Source of the DNA: Gnetum montanum
Lineage: Eukaryota > Plantae > Gnetophyta
DNA: 63,697 bases
Assembly (NCBI GenBank): GCA_015680685.1
Contig: MNCI01000248.1
Span: 91,283-154,979 of the forward strand
Direction of reading: 5' to 3'
Shown here: positions 37,901 through 49,360 of the stretch, piece by piece
Numbering within the stretch: the first letter of the stretch is position 1
Layout: the number at the start of each line of letters is the position of its first letter
Notes under the pieces: model-generated
What the model was told of the DNA's origin: nothing
The model's database searches: none
Seen by the model: the letters and a program-made list of their open reading frames with translations, nothing else
Translations under genes and position numbers: made by a program

Positions 37901-39549
37901 CAAGGATGATAAGAGGATTCATAGTTGGAAGGGTAGATGCTGGCAACATAGATTAGACTCCTGTAGCTAGAACCTTTGCACTGTAGAAGAAAATTAAAGG
38001 TGAGCATATGGATTCTAATGGTGTTATGGCTTTATGGTGTTAAGCGTTTTATTGCTTTTCTTGGTCATTGAAATTGCTCATATGGATGCTAACTTTTAGT
38101 TATTACTTCGCAAGACCTTCCACCTCAACTAATGTTACTATACCACTTACACATTCATGTCATGAGGAAACCCCTATCCTAAAATTTGGTGATGTGGCAT
38201 CAGCACAAGAGTGGCTAAAGGGATAGGTGCTTGGATACTTTCAAGTAAACATCCAATGTATAGGTTTTCTTGATGTATTTATGGCACATATTCCTTCCAT
38301 TCTTGCTATGGAGATGTTTCATGTTATCGACTCCTTTCATGAGGAGGTCAATCACTTTAGCACCATCATTCAAGGTGTGAAGGTGAACATTGGCATAAGT
38401 GTTGGCCTCTTTCATTACTTGTTTGGGGTCCCTACTAATGGGGCCAAGTTTCCTACCAATACATTGAGGGAATTAGGTAATCATGAGAAAGTTGTAGAGT
38501 GGCTTGGTGCTAGCATGGGCCACTCTAAAATTTCAATGGATAGCATCACAAATCCTAATGCAAGGAATGACACCTGTTGTTTAGGTCTCATGCATTTCCA
38601 AAAATACTATCACAAAAGAAGGTGATCAGCCTAGCATAGGGGTGAACCTTTAAGAAGGTCTTCATGGAGGGTGTCAAATTTGATTGGGCTACTTCTTTGG
38701 CTACCAGGCTTCAAGAGAAGATTCTTAGACTCCATGTTGATACCTCTACGGTAATCCATATGCACTTTGCATTTTTTGTAGGTTATCTAAAGAGGTTTTT
38801 AGAGTTTCTAGTGGTCTATGGGAATGGACAATGGATTTCCCAAAACCCAAGCCAAGTTTCTAAGCCTTTGATAAAACACATTTATCCAATGGTGCAAGCT
38901 TAGAACCCATCAGAGGGGTTGGATGAGACATTATCTATCACCACTAAGAATCTTGATGTTAGGTAGTATGAGTCTCCTAATAGTACTGATGATGAGCCTC
39001 TTTCATTTCCTACTAGTGTTCAAAAGGCCAAAAAATGGTGCATAAAGGTCAAGGGGATAGCTAGGAAGAAACTCAAAAGGCCTATGGAGGAGGCACCCCT
39101 AGCATCAATTTAACCTATCCCAAAGAAGCTTAAGTTTAAGATTAAGCCATCATAGTAGGTAGTCATAGGTATGCTTTGTTTAACTTTGGATCTTTCATGT
39201 TTTAAAATTTAATGGCTACTTCATGGTTTCATGTGTTAATTGGTTTTCTATGTGTTATGGTTGTAGATAAGCATCAGGTTATAGTAGCCCAAGCTACTAT
39301 GGAGGTAGAACAAAGGCATGTAGAAGAGGCACTCCTAAAGAAACCCATGGTTGAAGGACTTACTAATATGGGCATAGATGATCTACATGCCTTGTTTGGT
39401 AAGGTGGTACTAGGTACCTCTCCCATCATTATCCCAAAGGGGGGAAGAGGAGGAGGAGCTAGGTATGCCTATGCCTTAATATTATTGCTATATTTCATTA
39501 CTTATATTTTGTTTTCATCCTAAACTTTTGATGATTTTTATGATTATAG
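34950..39549 (+). pseudogene. Putative spliced antisense accessory gene inside Y (plant-mobile-domain-like main exon about 38115-39168)
   Basis: T-rich GT-AG intron-like segments at about 35214-37260, 37704-37794, 38000-38114, 39169-39266 and 39463-39549. Main exon reads IDSFHEEVNHFSTIIQGVKVNI...FHYLFGVPTNG...EGVKFDWATSLATRL. Confidence 0.6.
36210..37215. repeat. Tandem array, ~127-137-bp monomer, about 8 copies
   Basis: GCTAATTTCACCTCTGACTTAGGAAGTTTTCTCTAAATTTGTAAAGAAAT...GGTCATAATGCAA recurs at about 36258, 36395, 36533, 36659, 36786, 36913, 37042 and 37191. Confidence 0.92.
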
Positions 39550-39555
39550 TAGTTC

Positions 39556-42500
39556 TATTCCACCTCAGACCCCTATTCTATGCCCATGTTGTTGATAGCT
39601 AGGGGATCCATGTTGTCACCATGGATGATGATTTCGCCTCCCTCATAAGGAAGATAAATTTCTTGATGGATGGACAAGGAGGAAACTTGTAATTGAGCTA
39701 AGCAAGCTCTTCCTAGGATAAGGTTGAATCCTAGTGTCTCTTCCATCACCAAGAAGTTTTTAGTTGTAGGAAATTATTCTCTAGCTACAAAATCCAAGGA
39801 GATAAACCCCTTGATGATGACTCTTGATCCATTAAATGACTTAATATCTATGGTGGTCATAGGTTGTACTTTCTTAGTTAGGCCCAAGCATTTAACAATG
39901 ATGCATTGGATGACATTGGTTTCTACTCCATCATCAACATGCACCCAATATATTTTAAATTTTTTTATGTGTATGGTTATGAATATAAGTGCTATAGTCA
40001 CCCTGCCATTCTAAGGATTAACTTTAATTTCACCATTTTGAAATGTTAAGGATGTTGATTTGTCCTCCCCTATTGAGAAAGAAATCACTACTACATAGAT
40101 AGCTTCCTCATTAGTAGAAATGTCCTTACTAATAGGTATGGAGGTCCACATTTTGACTAGCACCTCACGATGTCTAGCAGAATTCATAATCAGGTCATAT
40201 AAACTTAAGGTGGTATTTTTCTTATTCAGGGATTGCTTAAGTTTGTCCATTGCATTGAGGAATCTTTTGTTTTTGGCTATGGGCTTGTCACCCTAGTTGT
40301 GCTTTACTTCCTCCATATGTCCTGAAAGGTGGACTTCAATCTTAGGCTATGGCTATTGTGGCTCCTTTTGATTATTTTGGTTGTGTGCTTTAGCATCCTC
40401 CTATGGCTTATTGATTGAAGGAGATGAGGCGGAGGAGGTCATAGGTATAGCTGAAATGGAAGTGGGCTTCAGAGGTTCCACCTCCTTTTGTGCCTCCATC
40501 TATGTGTCTCCCTTGTTATCAAGATTTTTCTTATACTTCCTTCTTTGGTTGGTTGAGATTTTTTGGTTGTTAGTCATTGGTTGTAATGAAAAGGAAATAG
40601 CATTGGTTACAATAGGGGTTCATTGTGCAATTGTTTGGACTATGGTTACTCAAGTTGTATTAGGTTGGGGGACCTTAATGACAAAAGGTTCTCTCGAAGG
40701 TATTCATGATGGTACCCTCATAATGAAAGGAGGTCTTGAGCTATGGAAAGATGAAAAATATCTCTTATTGTAAAGGGGTACTTGGATAATGAATGGTTCT
40801 CTTGTAGGTCTATGATTTCCATCAATGTTGAATGCTAAAATAACATAAGGGCTATCATTAGCATTCAACGGGTCTTTATAGACTTGCATTGACTAGTTTG
40901 TTGGTCAAACTGGAAGCATCTAATACTAGTTCCCATGTATCTATGATCCTTTGTCGGTCATCCTTTACTATGAAGTAGAAGTCTATATTATGAACAAGAA
41001 ATTAATGATAATGGTAAAAGCAGTCTAGCTTAATGTATCTAGGCAATGTGGGATCATCTTTTGTTGCCCAAGAGGGATCTTTGGGTATTTCACATAATCA
41101 CGTGTCTTTCTTTCGAGTGGCTTTAGTCATTTGTTTATGATGAATACGTCCACTTCTTAATAGTTAATCAAGTCACTTGGATAGTTTTAGAGGCAACTTA
41201 GTGTACTTAGATTTGTCTTTCCTTTCAAAGTTAGGTCTATTTTTTTTATGTATCAGTCCCATAAGTTGACGGTTGGTTACTACAACCATTGGTAAGGGCC
41301 ATGGATGGATTAACCTTTAGCCCTTGGTTTATTGTCTTGTTTTCCTTGGTTACAGTTACTATCGTAGTATTTCCTTGTTTGCTCTTTTCTTTATCTCTTC
41401 GAGCATGTTGGATTTTATATGATATATAGGCTAGATCATGGCTAGCCTCCACAGCATCCTCTATGTTTTTGGTTTGTGAGAATGCTTGGCTCAAATACCA
41501 TGGATCAAGGTAGTAGAGTTTAGACTTGATGAAGTCATTAACTAATCCCTTGAATACAACTAATAAATGGGCTTTGGCTATGAGCTCTAGTATCTCATTC
41601 AGTAGTCCATTCCACCACTGAATGAATTTCTATACAAGTTCTAAAGGCCCCTACTCAACCTTCATGAATCGATCAAGTGGTGTGTCATGCTTCAAGTTAT
41701 ACTTGAAGTGGTTGACAAAATAGGCTACTAAGTCTTCCAGAGAGGATATAGATCCTCTAGGTAATGCATGACACTAATTGACTGCTTTCCCAATGAAGGA
41801 AATAGGGAAAATTCTTATGATGGTATGAGGCCATCACTGCAAGAGCAAACGTTTAGATTGAAACGTGATAAGGTGAGTATTAGGATCACCTTCTCCATTA
41901 TATTTGCTAAATTATGGAATGGGAACACTAGGAGGACGTATCAAGGGTGGGACTATAAGACTTCTATGATCATCCTAGTATAAGTCCATAATCTTGACGA
42001 TTTGTATGGTAGAGGCTTTAAGCCTCTTCTATGCCTCTATTAGGTCTTGGATCATTTCAAAGGCTTGATCCAAGCCTTGGGGTGGCCTCATAGTCTATGA
42101 AGTTTGCACATAAGGTTATGACATTTGGTGTAAGGGTTATGACCTCATTACGAACTACATGATAGATGGAAAAGGTTGCACTATGGTTGTGGATTGTGGG
42201 CCAAACAAAGAAAAAGATATTTGTAATAGTATTTGATGGTGGACCCCATGTAAGTAGTTATTAGATTTGATAGGGTAAAACCCACCATTGATGGTTTTGT
42301 ATTTTGTGGCTATGTTGCAAATGGCATTGATATGTTATAATTTTTTGTTTGTTGTTCATTGACTCAATGTGATGTATTGCTATGACTAGTGTGGGATTTT
42401 CCATAGTAGGATGTGGAGTGGAAGATGGCGGCATCACGCCCATGGAGAAAACAAAAGCATTAGGGGAAGGTTCTATGAAATTGGATGACATTTGGTTGAA

Positions 42501-42739
42501 CAGCCCTCCAAGGATGTTTTCAAGCTTAGATTCTGTATGAAAGCATCCTCTTCTTCTTGTCATTCCCCAAAGGTAGGCTAGTCATCTTCCTCCTCTATAG
42601 TAATCAACTAGGCTAGGATGCTAGAGTAGATGTCATTTAGAGGAATTTCTTCATACATGGAAGGGATTTACTATTTCCCACCCTTGTGTATGAGCTCAAA
42701 TTCTCTTTTGGCTTTAGCTTCCATTTGGGAAATTAGCAT
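39556..42739 (-). pseudogene. gag-protease of Y
   Basis: gag FSKYNGEGDPNTHL...LPRGSISSLEDL near 41740-41910; TLSLYDLIMNSARHREVL; protease VHVDDGVETNVI...FNLILGR. Confidence 0.85.
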
Positions 42740-44123
42740 GCTTGCCTATATTTTGGCACAAATGAAGTTATAATGATCTTCATTTATGGCTACAAAATTA
42801 GGACTCTCCCCTCTAACTTTCAAAGATTACTTGGATTCAATGATGGATCATACATCCTTATGACTTATTGGTTATTATCCTTGCTAATGAAGGTAAAGGG
42901 AAATTTGATGGAATTTTGGAAAGACAAGGCTATAATGTTGAGAATTTCTTAAGAAAAAACTCTTAGAAGAAATGAAAATGGCAAAAAATGATATACTTAC
43001 TAAAATTAGTAAGTGGGAGATAAGGGGGGTTTACCCATTTTCTAGAAATAGAATATTGGCAATGTTGGTTTTAAACCTCATCCAAGTTGGCTTCCCTAGT
43101 GTCTCTTCACTAGGTATGGTAAGGGGGGAAAGAAGGGGGGTGAGATAATGGAAATATCACACCTTTCTATTTCAACGTTGGAGAGAGAGGGAAAAAGTTT
43201 TGAAGACCAAAATGAAAACTTAGCAGTTTTCAAAGATGGTTTTGGCAAGTTTCCAACTTCCACCATAAAGGAGGGAGAAGTGGGCTTGGTTAGTATGGAA
43301 ACAAAAATTGATTTAGTAAGAAATATTATAAAAAAAATTAAATATTTTTCAAGGCTTCCACACTAGCTTTGCTTTTGGAATTCACAATAGATGTTGTGAA
43401 AATCTAGTACCCAAACCACCTATAGCTTCCATTCTAAGGTTTCTGCCATAGGGGAGGGGAAATTGTAGCATTGGATTCCTTGGGAGTTTTGACTAAAAAA
43501 TGGCATTTGACTTGAAACAAAAGTATATCTAGTTGTAAAATTGGTTTCAAATTTTACCAATGTTAGCCTCCCTGCTACTTCCACACTAGGTATGGTAGAG
43601 GGGGAAAAGAAGAAGGGTGAGATGATGGGAATCTCACATCCCCTATTCCAATGCTAATGGAAGGGGGTGGAAAGGTTGAAAACTCAAAGTGAAAAGTTAG
43701 ATTTTTTCCACTAAAATTGGTTCTAAGCAACTACCTATTCTCTCAACTTGAAAAAAGTNNNNNNNNNNNNNNNNNNNNNNNNNNNNNNNNNNNNNNNNNN
43801 NNNNNNNNNNNNNNNNNNNNNNNNNNNNTTTGTCAACTCACAAATAAGTTGAACCATCTAGTTTTAGAAGCTAGAAAATAAAATTTTGGCAACAAAAGAA
43901 ACAAAGTGGGAAAGAGATATCAATGCTAGCTTTGGGCCTTGAAATTCACAACAAGTGCTATGAAAACCCAGAGCCCAACCACCTACAACTTCTATGCTAT
44001 AGTTTTGGTCACAAGTGGGGAAAGACTAATGTTGATTTTTCAAAGGTCATGGCTGTAAAATAAAGGCAAAAATTACAAATGGCTATGAAAATAATGGATT
44101 TGGCTACAGAATTTAGGCAAAGG

Positions 44124-44140
44124 CCCTCCTTCTAGTGCCA
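44124..44140 (-). promoter_or_regulatory. Primer binding site of Y (tRNA-Asn type)
   Basis: Minus strand TGGCACTAGAAGGAGGG, 8 nt from the LTR. Complementary to the plant tRNA-Asn 3' end CCCTCCTTCTAGCGCCA with one CpG-type change. Confidence 0.82.
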
Positions 44141-44148
44141 AGAAAAAC

Positions 44149-45857
44149 TATGACAACCGAAAATCTTGATTGTTCAAATGAGAACCAAGGATCCTCAATG
44201 CAGGAAGTTCCTCAACCTTAAACCCCTAGGGCCTTCATGATGAGAATGGGATTCAAGGTGTCCTAGCCACTCCAACAAATCAACTAGGGACTTGGGGAGA
44301 TGTAAAACATGAAAATATAAATAGATCCAAATAATGCATGAATAATAAATTTAATTCTATTAAACACAAAACTCAAAACCTAAAACTTTGTTGAGAAGAG
44401 AATAAAGAATAAGTTAGAGAAATGTGTACAAAAAAATGGTGCCTAGATGAGCAAAAAGGGTATCCACTTGTACAAGAGTTCAAAGTCCATTGAAGCTAAG
44501 ATGATTTGCTCCACGATCTAGGTGTCAAGGTACTTTTGATGCTGTAGGACTTCCCATCACTACTACAATCTTGGATCTACAATTTGGTTGCTACTAAGGA
44601 GGTGAGAAAGGGAGAATATTTGGATGCTAAATTACTTCATGATAAGTTTGGAATCCTAGAAGTGTAGTGTTAATACCAAAATCCACCAAGTCTCAAGGCC
44701 TCAATGGTTCCACACTAGGGTTTAAGAGACTACAAGTATGGAAACTTGCAAAAGCTCTTGAGTGCTTGAAAATGGCCCAATCACGGAGTTGTATTCATGC
44801 AAATTGCTACTGGCTGAAAATTATTTTATCAAAATTTGCTCAACCTTGTCAAAAATATGGAGCTTGATCAAAAATTTTGGAATTTTTCAAAAAAATATCT
44901 TGAACCTGTAAATGGTGTTGGAGTTCAGCTTTTGAAGGGTCTTTGGACCATAAATGGGATTGTAAATTGGCTATGATTGGGCTACAAATTGGCTGCAAAA
45001 ATGGCTACAAATTGGTTGCCAAATTCAAGTGATATGGATGCCAAAATTTGGTGGGGTTACCAAAAATAGTAAGTGCTTTCCTCATGGCCACCATTTACTA
45101 GAAATATTAATCAACACCCCTTGCACACTAGAGATGAATCTTCTATGCTAAGCTCCTCATCATGCTCGTTGAAGTTCCTAGCCAATGTTGAAGTGCATGA
45201 CTTGATGAATTTTGCATCTTGTGGCTTCCATGTTGGGGGTTTGAATTTTTCATGGTAGGGGAAAAACTTTCTAGGCTAGGGGAAAAGTTTCCAAGCTAGG
45301 GGAAAACTTTCCAAGTTAGGGGAAATAATTTATAGGCTAGGGGGAAAGCTTCCAACCTAGGAGGGGGGAGGAGGAACTTTCCAAGCTAGGGGAAAAGTTT
45401 CCAAGCTCAGGGAAACTTTCCAATTTGGGGGCAAAGTATCCGTAATGTGCCTTTGGTCTCCACATTAAAGGGGGGAAATTTTTCAAACCCCCCATTCTTC
45501 CACACTAGTGATAGGTGAGATTTACCTCCTTGCATGTATTTTCAACATAAAACAATGCCCAGCCCCAATAAAAGCCATCAAGTTGCCTTTTTGGCATTTA
45601 AAAAGGCATTTTTGATCCCCTTTCCCCCCCACCTCCCCCAAAGCCCAAATATAGACACTAGGTAACTTTTTTCACTTGTGAAATGAGGCTTTGAATACTT
45701 ATGAGGTGTTTTTCAACTCCAAAAGTATAAAGTATGTGAAATTATCCATTATGGGTTACAAATTTTACATTTACAATGAAATTCTACCTTGAGTTCCATG
45801 ATGTGAAAGCTACATGATGAATATTGGTCATGATATGCAAAATTTTGTGGTTTTTCA
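44149..45857 (-). repeat. 5' LTR of Y
   Basis: Matches 24777-26474 and is followed by TSD ATTAG. Confidence 0.9.
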
Positions 45858-46379
45858 ATTAGGATATAGGTTTGGACTCGAGGAGAGGTCATGGAAGTGA
45901 AGCAAAATAAGCATTCTTGGCAATAGTATGATAAACTCATTGAATCTTATGCATCAAGGTCACATGATAATTTGTTTCTGTAATGAATTACACCTTTGTA
46001 ATGACTTGAGGATTCATCCTACAAGCATAAATCCAAGCAAATAAGAAAACAAGAAAAAGAAAATATGTTATTACATCGTGATACATAAGACCACATGAGA
46101 TAATCAACAAACTAGATCATCATAGGTCACTATTGTTAAAACATAGAGAAAAATCTGTGCGATGTACATTAGATTCATAAAGCTTTGTAGTTTATTCTTT
46201 GTGTCAAATAATAAGGGATAGAGAGATCATGTAGGCTCACTTGTTGTAGATCATCAAAGTCACTCACATCAATCATTCGTTACAACCTATCAACACTGAT
46301 AAACAACACTACAAGCAAACATGTCAATGTTAGATGTAATCAAGGCTATGTGATGGCTTTAATGTTGCATAACAATGGT

Positions 46380-46675
46380 TTAATGATGCCATGAGCAAGC
46401 TTAAGTTTTGGTAAGAAACTTGGTTTCAAGTGCTTTTTTCTCACCATCATGGTCTAGCTAGGAACTCTAACTAAGGGACTCTCTGTGATGTCCTTGGCTT
46501 CAGGGTTAATGATTATTAAACTACTTTAGGGTGTTATGATTTTATAGTAGAATGGTTTCAAGCTTAAGGTTTGGGTATATAAGGTTAACTTGGTCTAACT
46601 ACATCATGAGAGGGTTTTATTTAGGCTTTAAGGCTAGTCAAATTTTCTTCCTTATCCTCCTAGCTCATTCTTGCA
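46380..46675 (-). pseudogene. Remnant of the pre-RT linker of X
   Basis: NPEAKDITESPLVRVP aligns with DLEVGNITEDPLVEVP of Y. RT itself is missing downstream. Confidence 0.6.
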
Positions 46676-47399
46676 TGACAAGATAGGCATATCAAGTGGC
46701 ATCTATCTAATAAAACTATTAAAAAATGTAAAAAAATGAAAAATACTCTAATAATAAAGAAAAGGTGGATCAAAATAGATTCAATTTATTTCAAAATAGG
46801 TTGAAACATGATCAATGGGAATTACTAGGGGTACATTAAGATAGTATAAGGTCAAACATGATCAACTATGATTACACTTTACCATTTTTAGGCCTTGGTG
46901 AATAACATTGCCAGTTTAAGGCCTTAGTGAACCATATGATGGTCAAATGGTATCAAAAAATGATTATGGGATGGTCAAACCCTATCAAATGATATCCAGC
47001 AAAGGTCAAAAATGGTCAATTGAGGCCACTAAGGTTACAAAATATAGGTGAAACAAATGGGATAAATAATGTCAAATGGAGGCCAAATGATAGGAACATT
47101 TGGTGGAATGGGAAAAAGTGATGTCCCATTGACCAGAAATCAAAAGAAAGGACATCATAGGGCTAAACAATGAAGGTTAACAATGCATAACAAGATCAAC
47201 TCGATCCAAAACATAGTAAAACAAGGCCAAACCAATCATGGTAGAAAACATACTATAAAACATGGTCATCATAGTTAATTAGGGTTAGATTTTGCTATTT
47301 TTAGGCCTTAATAGGCCATGGTGTAAGTATATAGGATTGAAATGTGAGTTTGAGCACATGATGAGGTTGTTTGAAAGCTATTTGAAGGTCAAAATGACT

Positions 47400-49360
47400 C
47401 CTTTTCTTGTGACTACACTAGCCTCACCTTAGGACTACATTGGCCAACGTAGTTGGAATAGGCATTAGCATAACTAATGATAGTAGATGGTTTTCCAAGT
47501 TTATTATGGCCATTTTTGGGATCCTACTAGTTTATATGGCTAGCATAGTGAACTAGGATTGAATATTGATGAATTTTAACGTTTCTTTAATACTTGGGAA
47601 GTTGTAAATCATGCAAATACTAATGACTATGCTAAGATTACATTGGCCAACATAGTCCCACCATAGATGCATGGGAAAAGTAGGTTATTATGATTTCACA
47701 GTTGATACTGATGTTCCATTAGGTTCTTCGAATAGTTCAAGGTCTTGGAAAGACTAAATGAACCATTTGGAAGTTAAAAGAGGCTACTAAAGGTGAACTT
47801 TTATCACCTACACCTCATGACTACACTAGCCAACATAGTTGAGGATTACTCTAGCATAGATGGATCAAACATTAAGCTTTTCATGGTCAAAAAAGCTCAC
47901 ATCATAGCTAGCCTTAGGATTCCAAGGTTCCCAACCTCCTAAATTGATTCCTTGGTCATTCTGAATGTTATTGCACTAGTTAAACCACCCTAGAATAGGG
48001 ACTACACTAGGACTATGCTGGCCAACATAGTCCTAAGGTTACCTTAGCATCAATGAATGGAATTTGGCATTTCCATGATCAAAACAAGATGAAATTTTGA
48101 CTAGATAGTGTTGAGAAATTTTCTAAGTGTATCATGTCAAATTTTAGGTCATTCAGGATGTTAAGATATTAATCACATCAACTCACAATCATGACAACAC
48201 TAGGACTATACTAGCTAGCATAGCCAAGACTTGTCCTAGCATAGTAAGGTGTGAGATCTAGCATTTTGATGGGTTTCTGTGGTTAATCAACTAGGTTTAG
48301 ATCCCCATAATTACTAGTGTCTCTACCTAGCGTTTTAGCTTAGGATGGTCCATTTTAGAGGTTTTTTAAGTTTTGAGATGATCATTTCCCATTTGAACTA
48401 TGTTGGCCAGCATAGTTGAGCCTAGCCTCAATGTAGATGAGGTAAATATGACATTTCCAAGGTAAAAATAAGGTGGAATTGTAACTAAGTAAGGTCAAAC
48501 AAGATTCTAGATTTCCAAGTAACTACTAGGTTGTTTGGAGTGTCAACTTACTAGTGAAATAAACTGAAGATCATGACTACATAGGGACTATGCTAGTAAG
48601 TGTAGTTCAGGACTCCTCCAACATGGTCATAAGATGAAACTTGAATTTTGATGAAATTTCATGGTTGATCAACTAGGCTTTTGAGTTCTTGGATCAAAGT
48701 GTTTGAAACTAGGGATTCAAGGCTAAGATGGTTAATTTTGCTAGTTTTTTTGGTTTTGGACTAATCCTACACCCTTGGACTATGTTGGCCAATGTAGTCC
48801 CACACTTCCTTAGTGTAGTCCCAAGGTGGAAATAACATTTGTCCTTCTTTTTTCTTGCAATTTTCTAGTACAAGATCACCTACGGCTCTAAGAAAGTGTG
48901 AAGTTTAAGATATGTTAGTTTGGAGGTTATTTTTGGTTTTTAATGATTCATCCTCTTCTAACTACACTAGCTAGCATAGTCCTAGACATCTCCAACATAT
49001 TTTGAAGGTGGGAGAAGGCATTTTTTACACTTTTTCTTGGTTTCCATAGGTTTCAAGCTTATCAAAGACTTTGGAATGAGGCTATTTCTAGTTTTTGGTG
49101 TTCATTCCTCTCTCAACTACACAAGGGCTATGTTGGCTAGCATAGTTGAGGTCTACCCAGCATAATCTATGTAGGAGAATTGATTTTTGATGCTTTTTTA
49201 CTAGTTTTGTAGAATTTTGGAGCTATAAAAGGATCTAGTTAGGGTTTGGTGCATGGTTTGGTAACTTTGGAGTCCATTGGAAGTTTGGTTGATGGAAGAA
49301 GAAATTATTCCACTTGTGACTATGCTAACTAGTATAGTTAAGCTATTGGCTAGTGTAGTT
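47400..49360. repeat. Degenerate tandem array in X, ~190-bp monomer, about 11 copies
   Basis: GACTA(TG/CA)CT(A/G)G...C(A/T)AGCATAGT(C/T) hairpin-like units at about 47411, 47625, 47819, 48001, 48194, 48397, 48576, 48778, 48961, 49115 and 49318. Confidence 0.8.

Larger units (their letters stand above)
24777..45857 (-). mobile_element. Tat/Ogre-like gypsy element Y, about 21 kb, nested in X
   Basis: LTRs 24777-26474 and 44149-45857. Perfect 5-bp TSD ATTAG (24772-24776 and 45858-45862). PBS, PPT, gag-PR, RT, RNaseH, extra archaeal-type RNaseH and integrase. Confidence 0.92.

Noticed and set aside
38227-38903. Possible host MAIN/MAIL-like gene
   Set aside because: It lies between the TSD-bounded LTRs of Y and has stops and frameshifts, so it is treated as element cargo.
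44124-44140. tRNA-like 3' ends (also 1993-2010, 8098-8115, 13469-13481)
   Set aside because: Only 13-18 nt long and adjacent to LTRs. These are primer binding sites, not tRNA genes.
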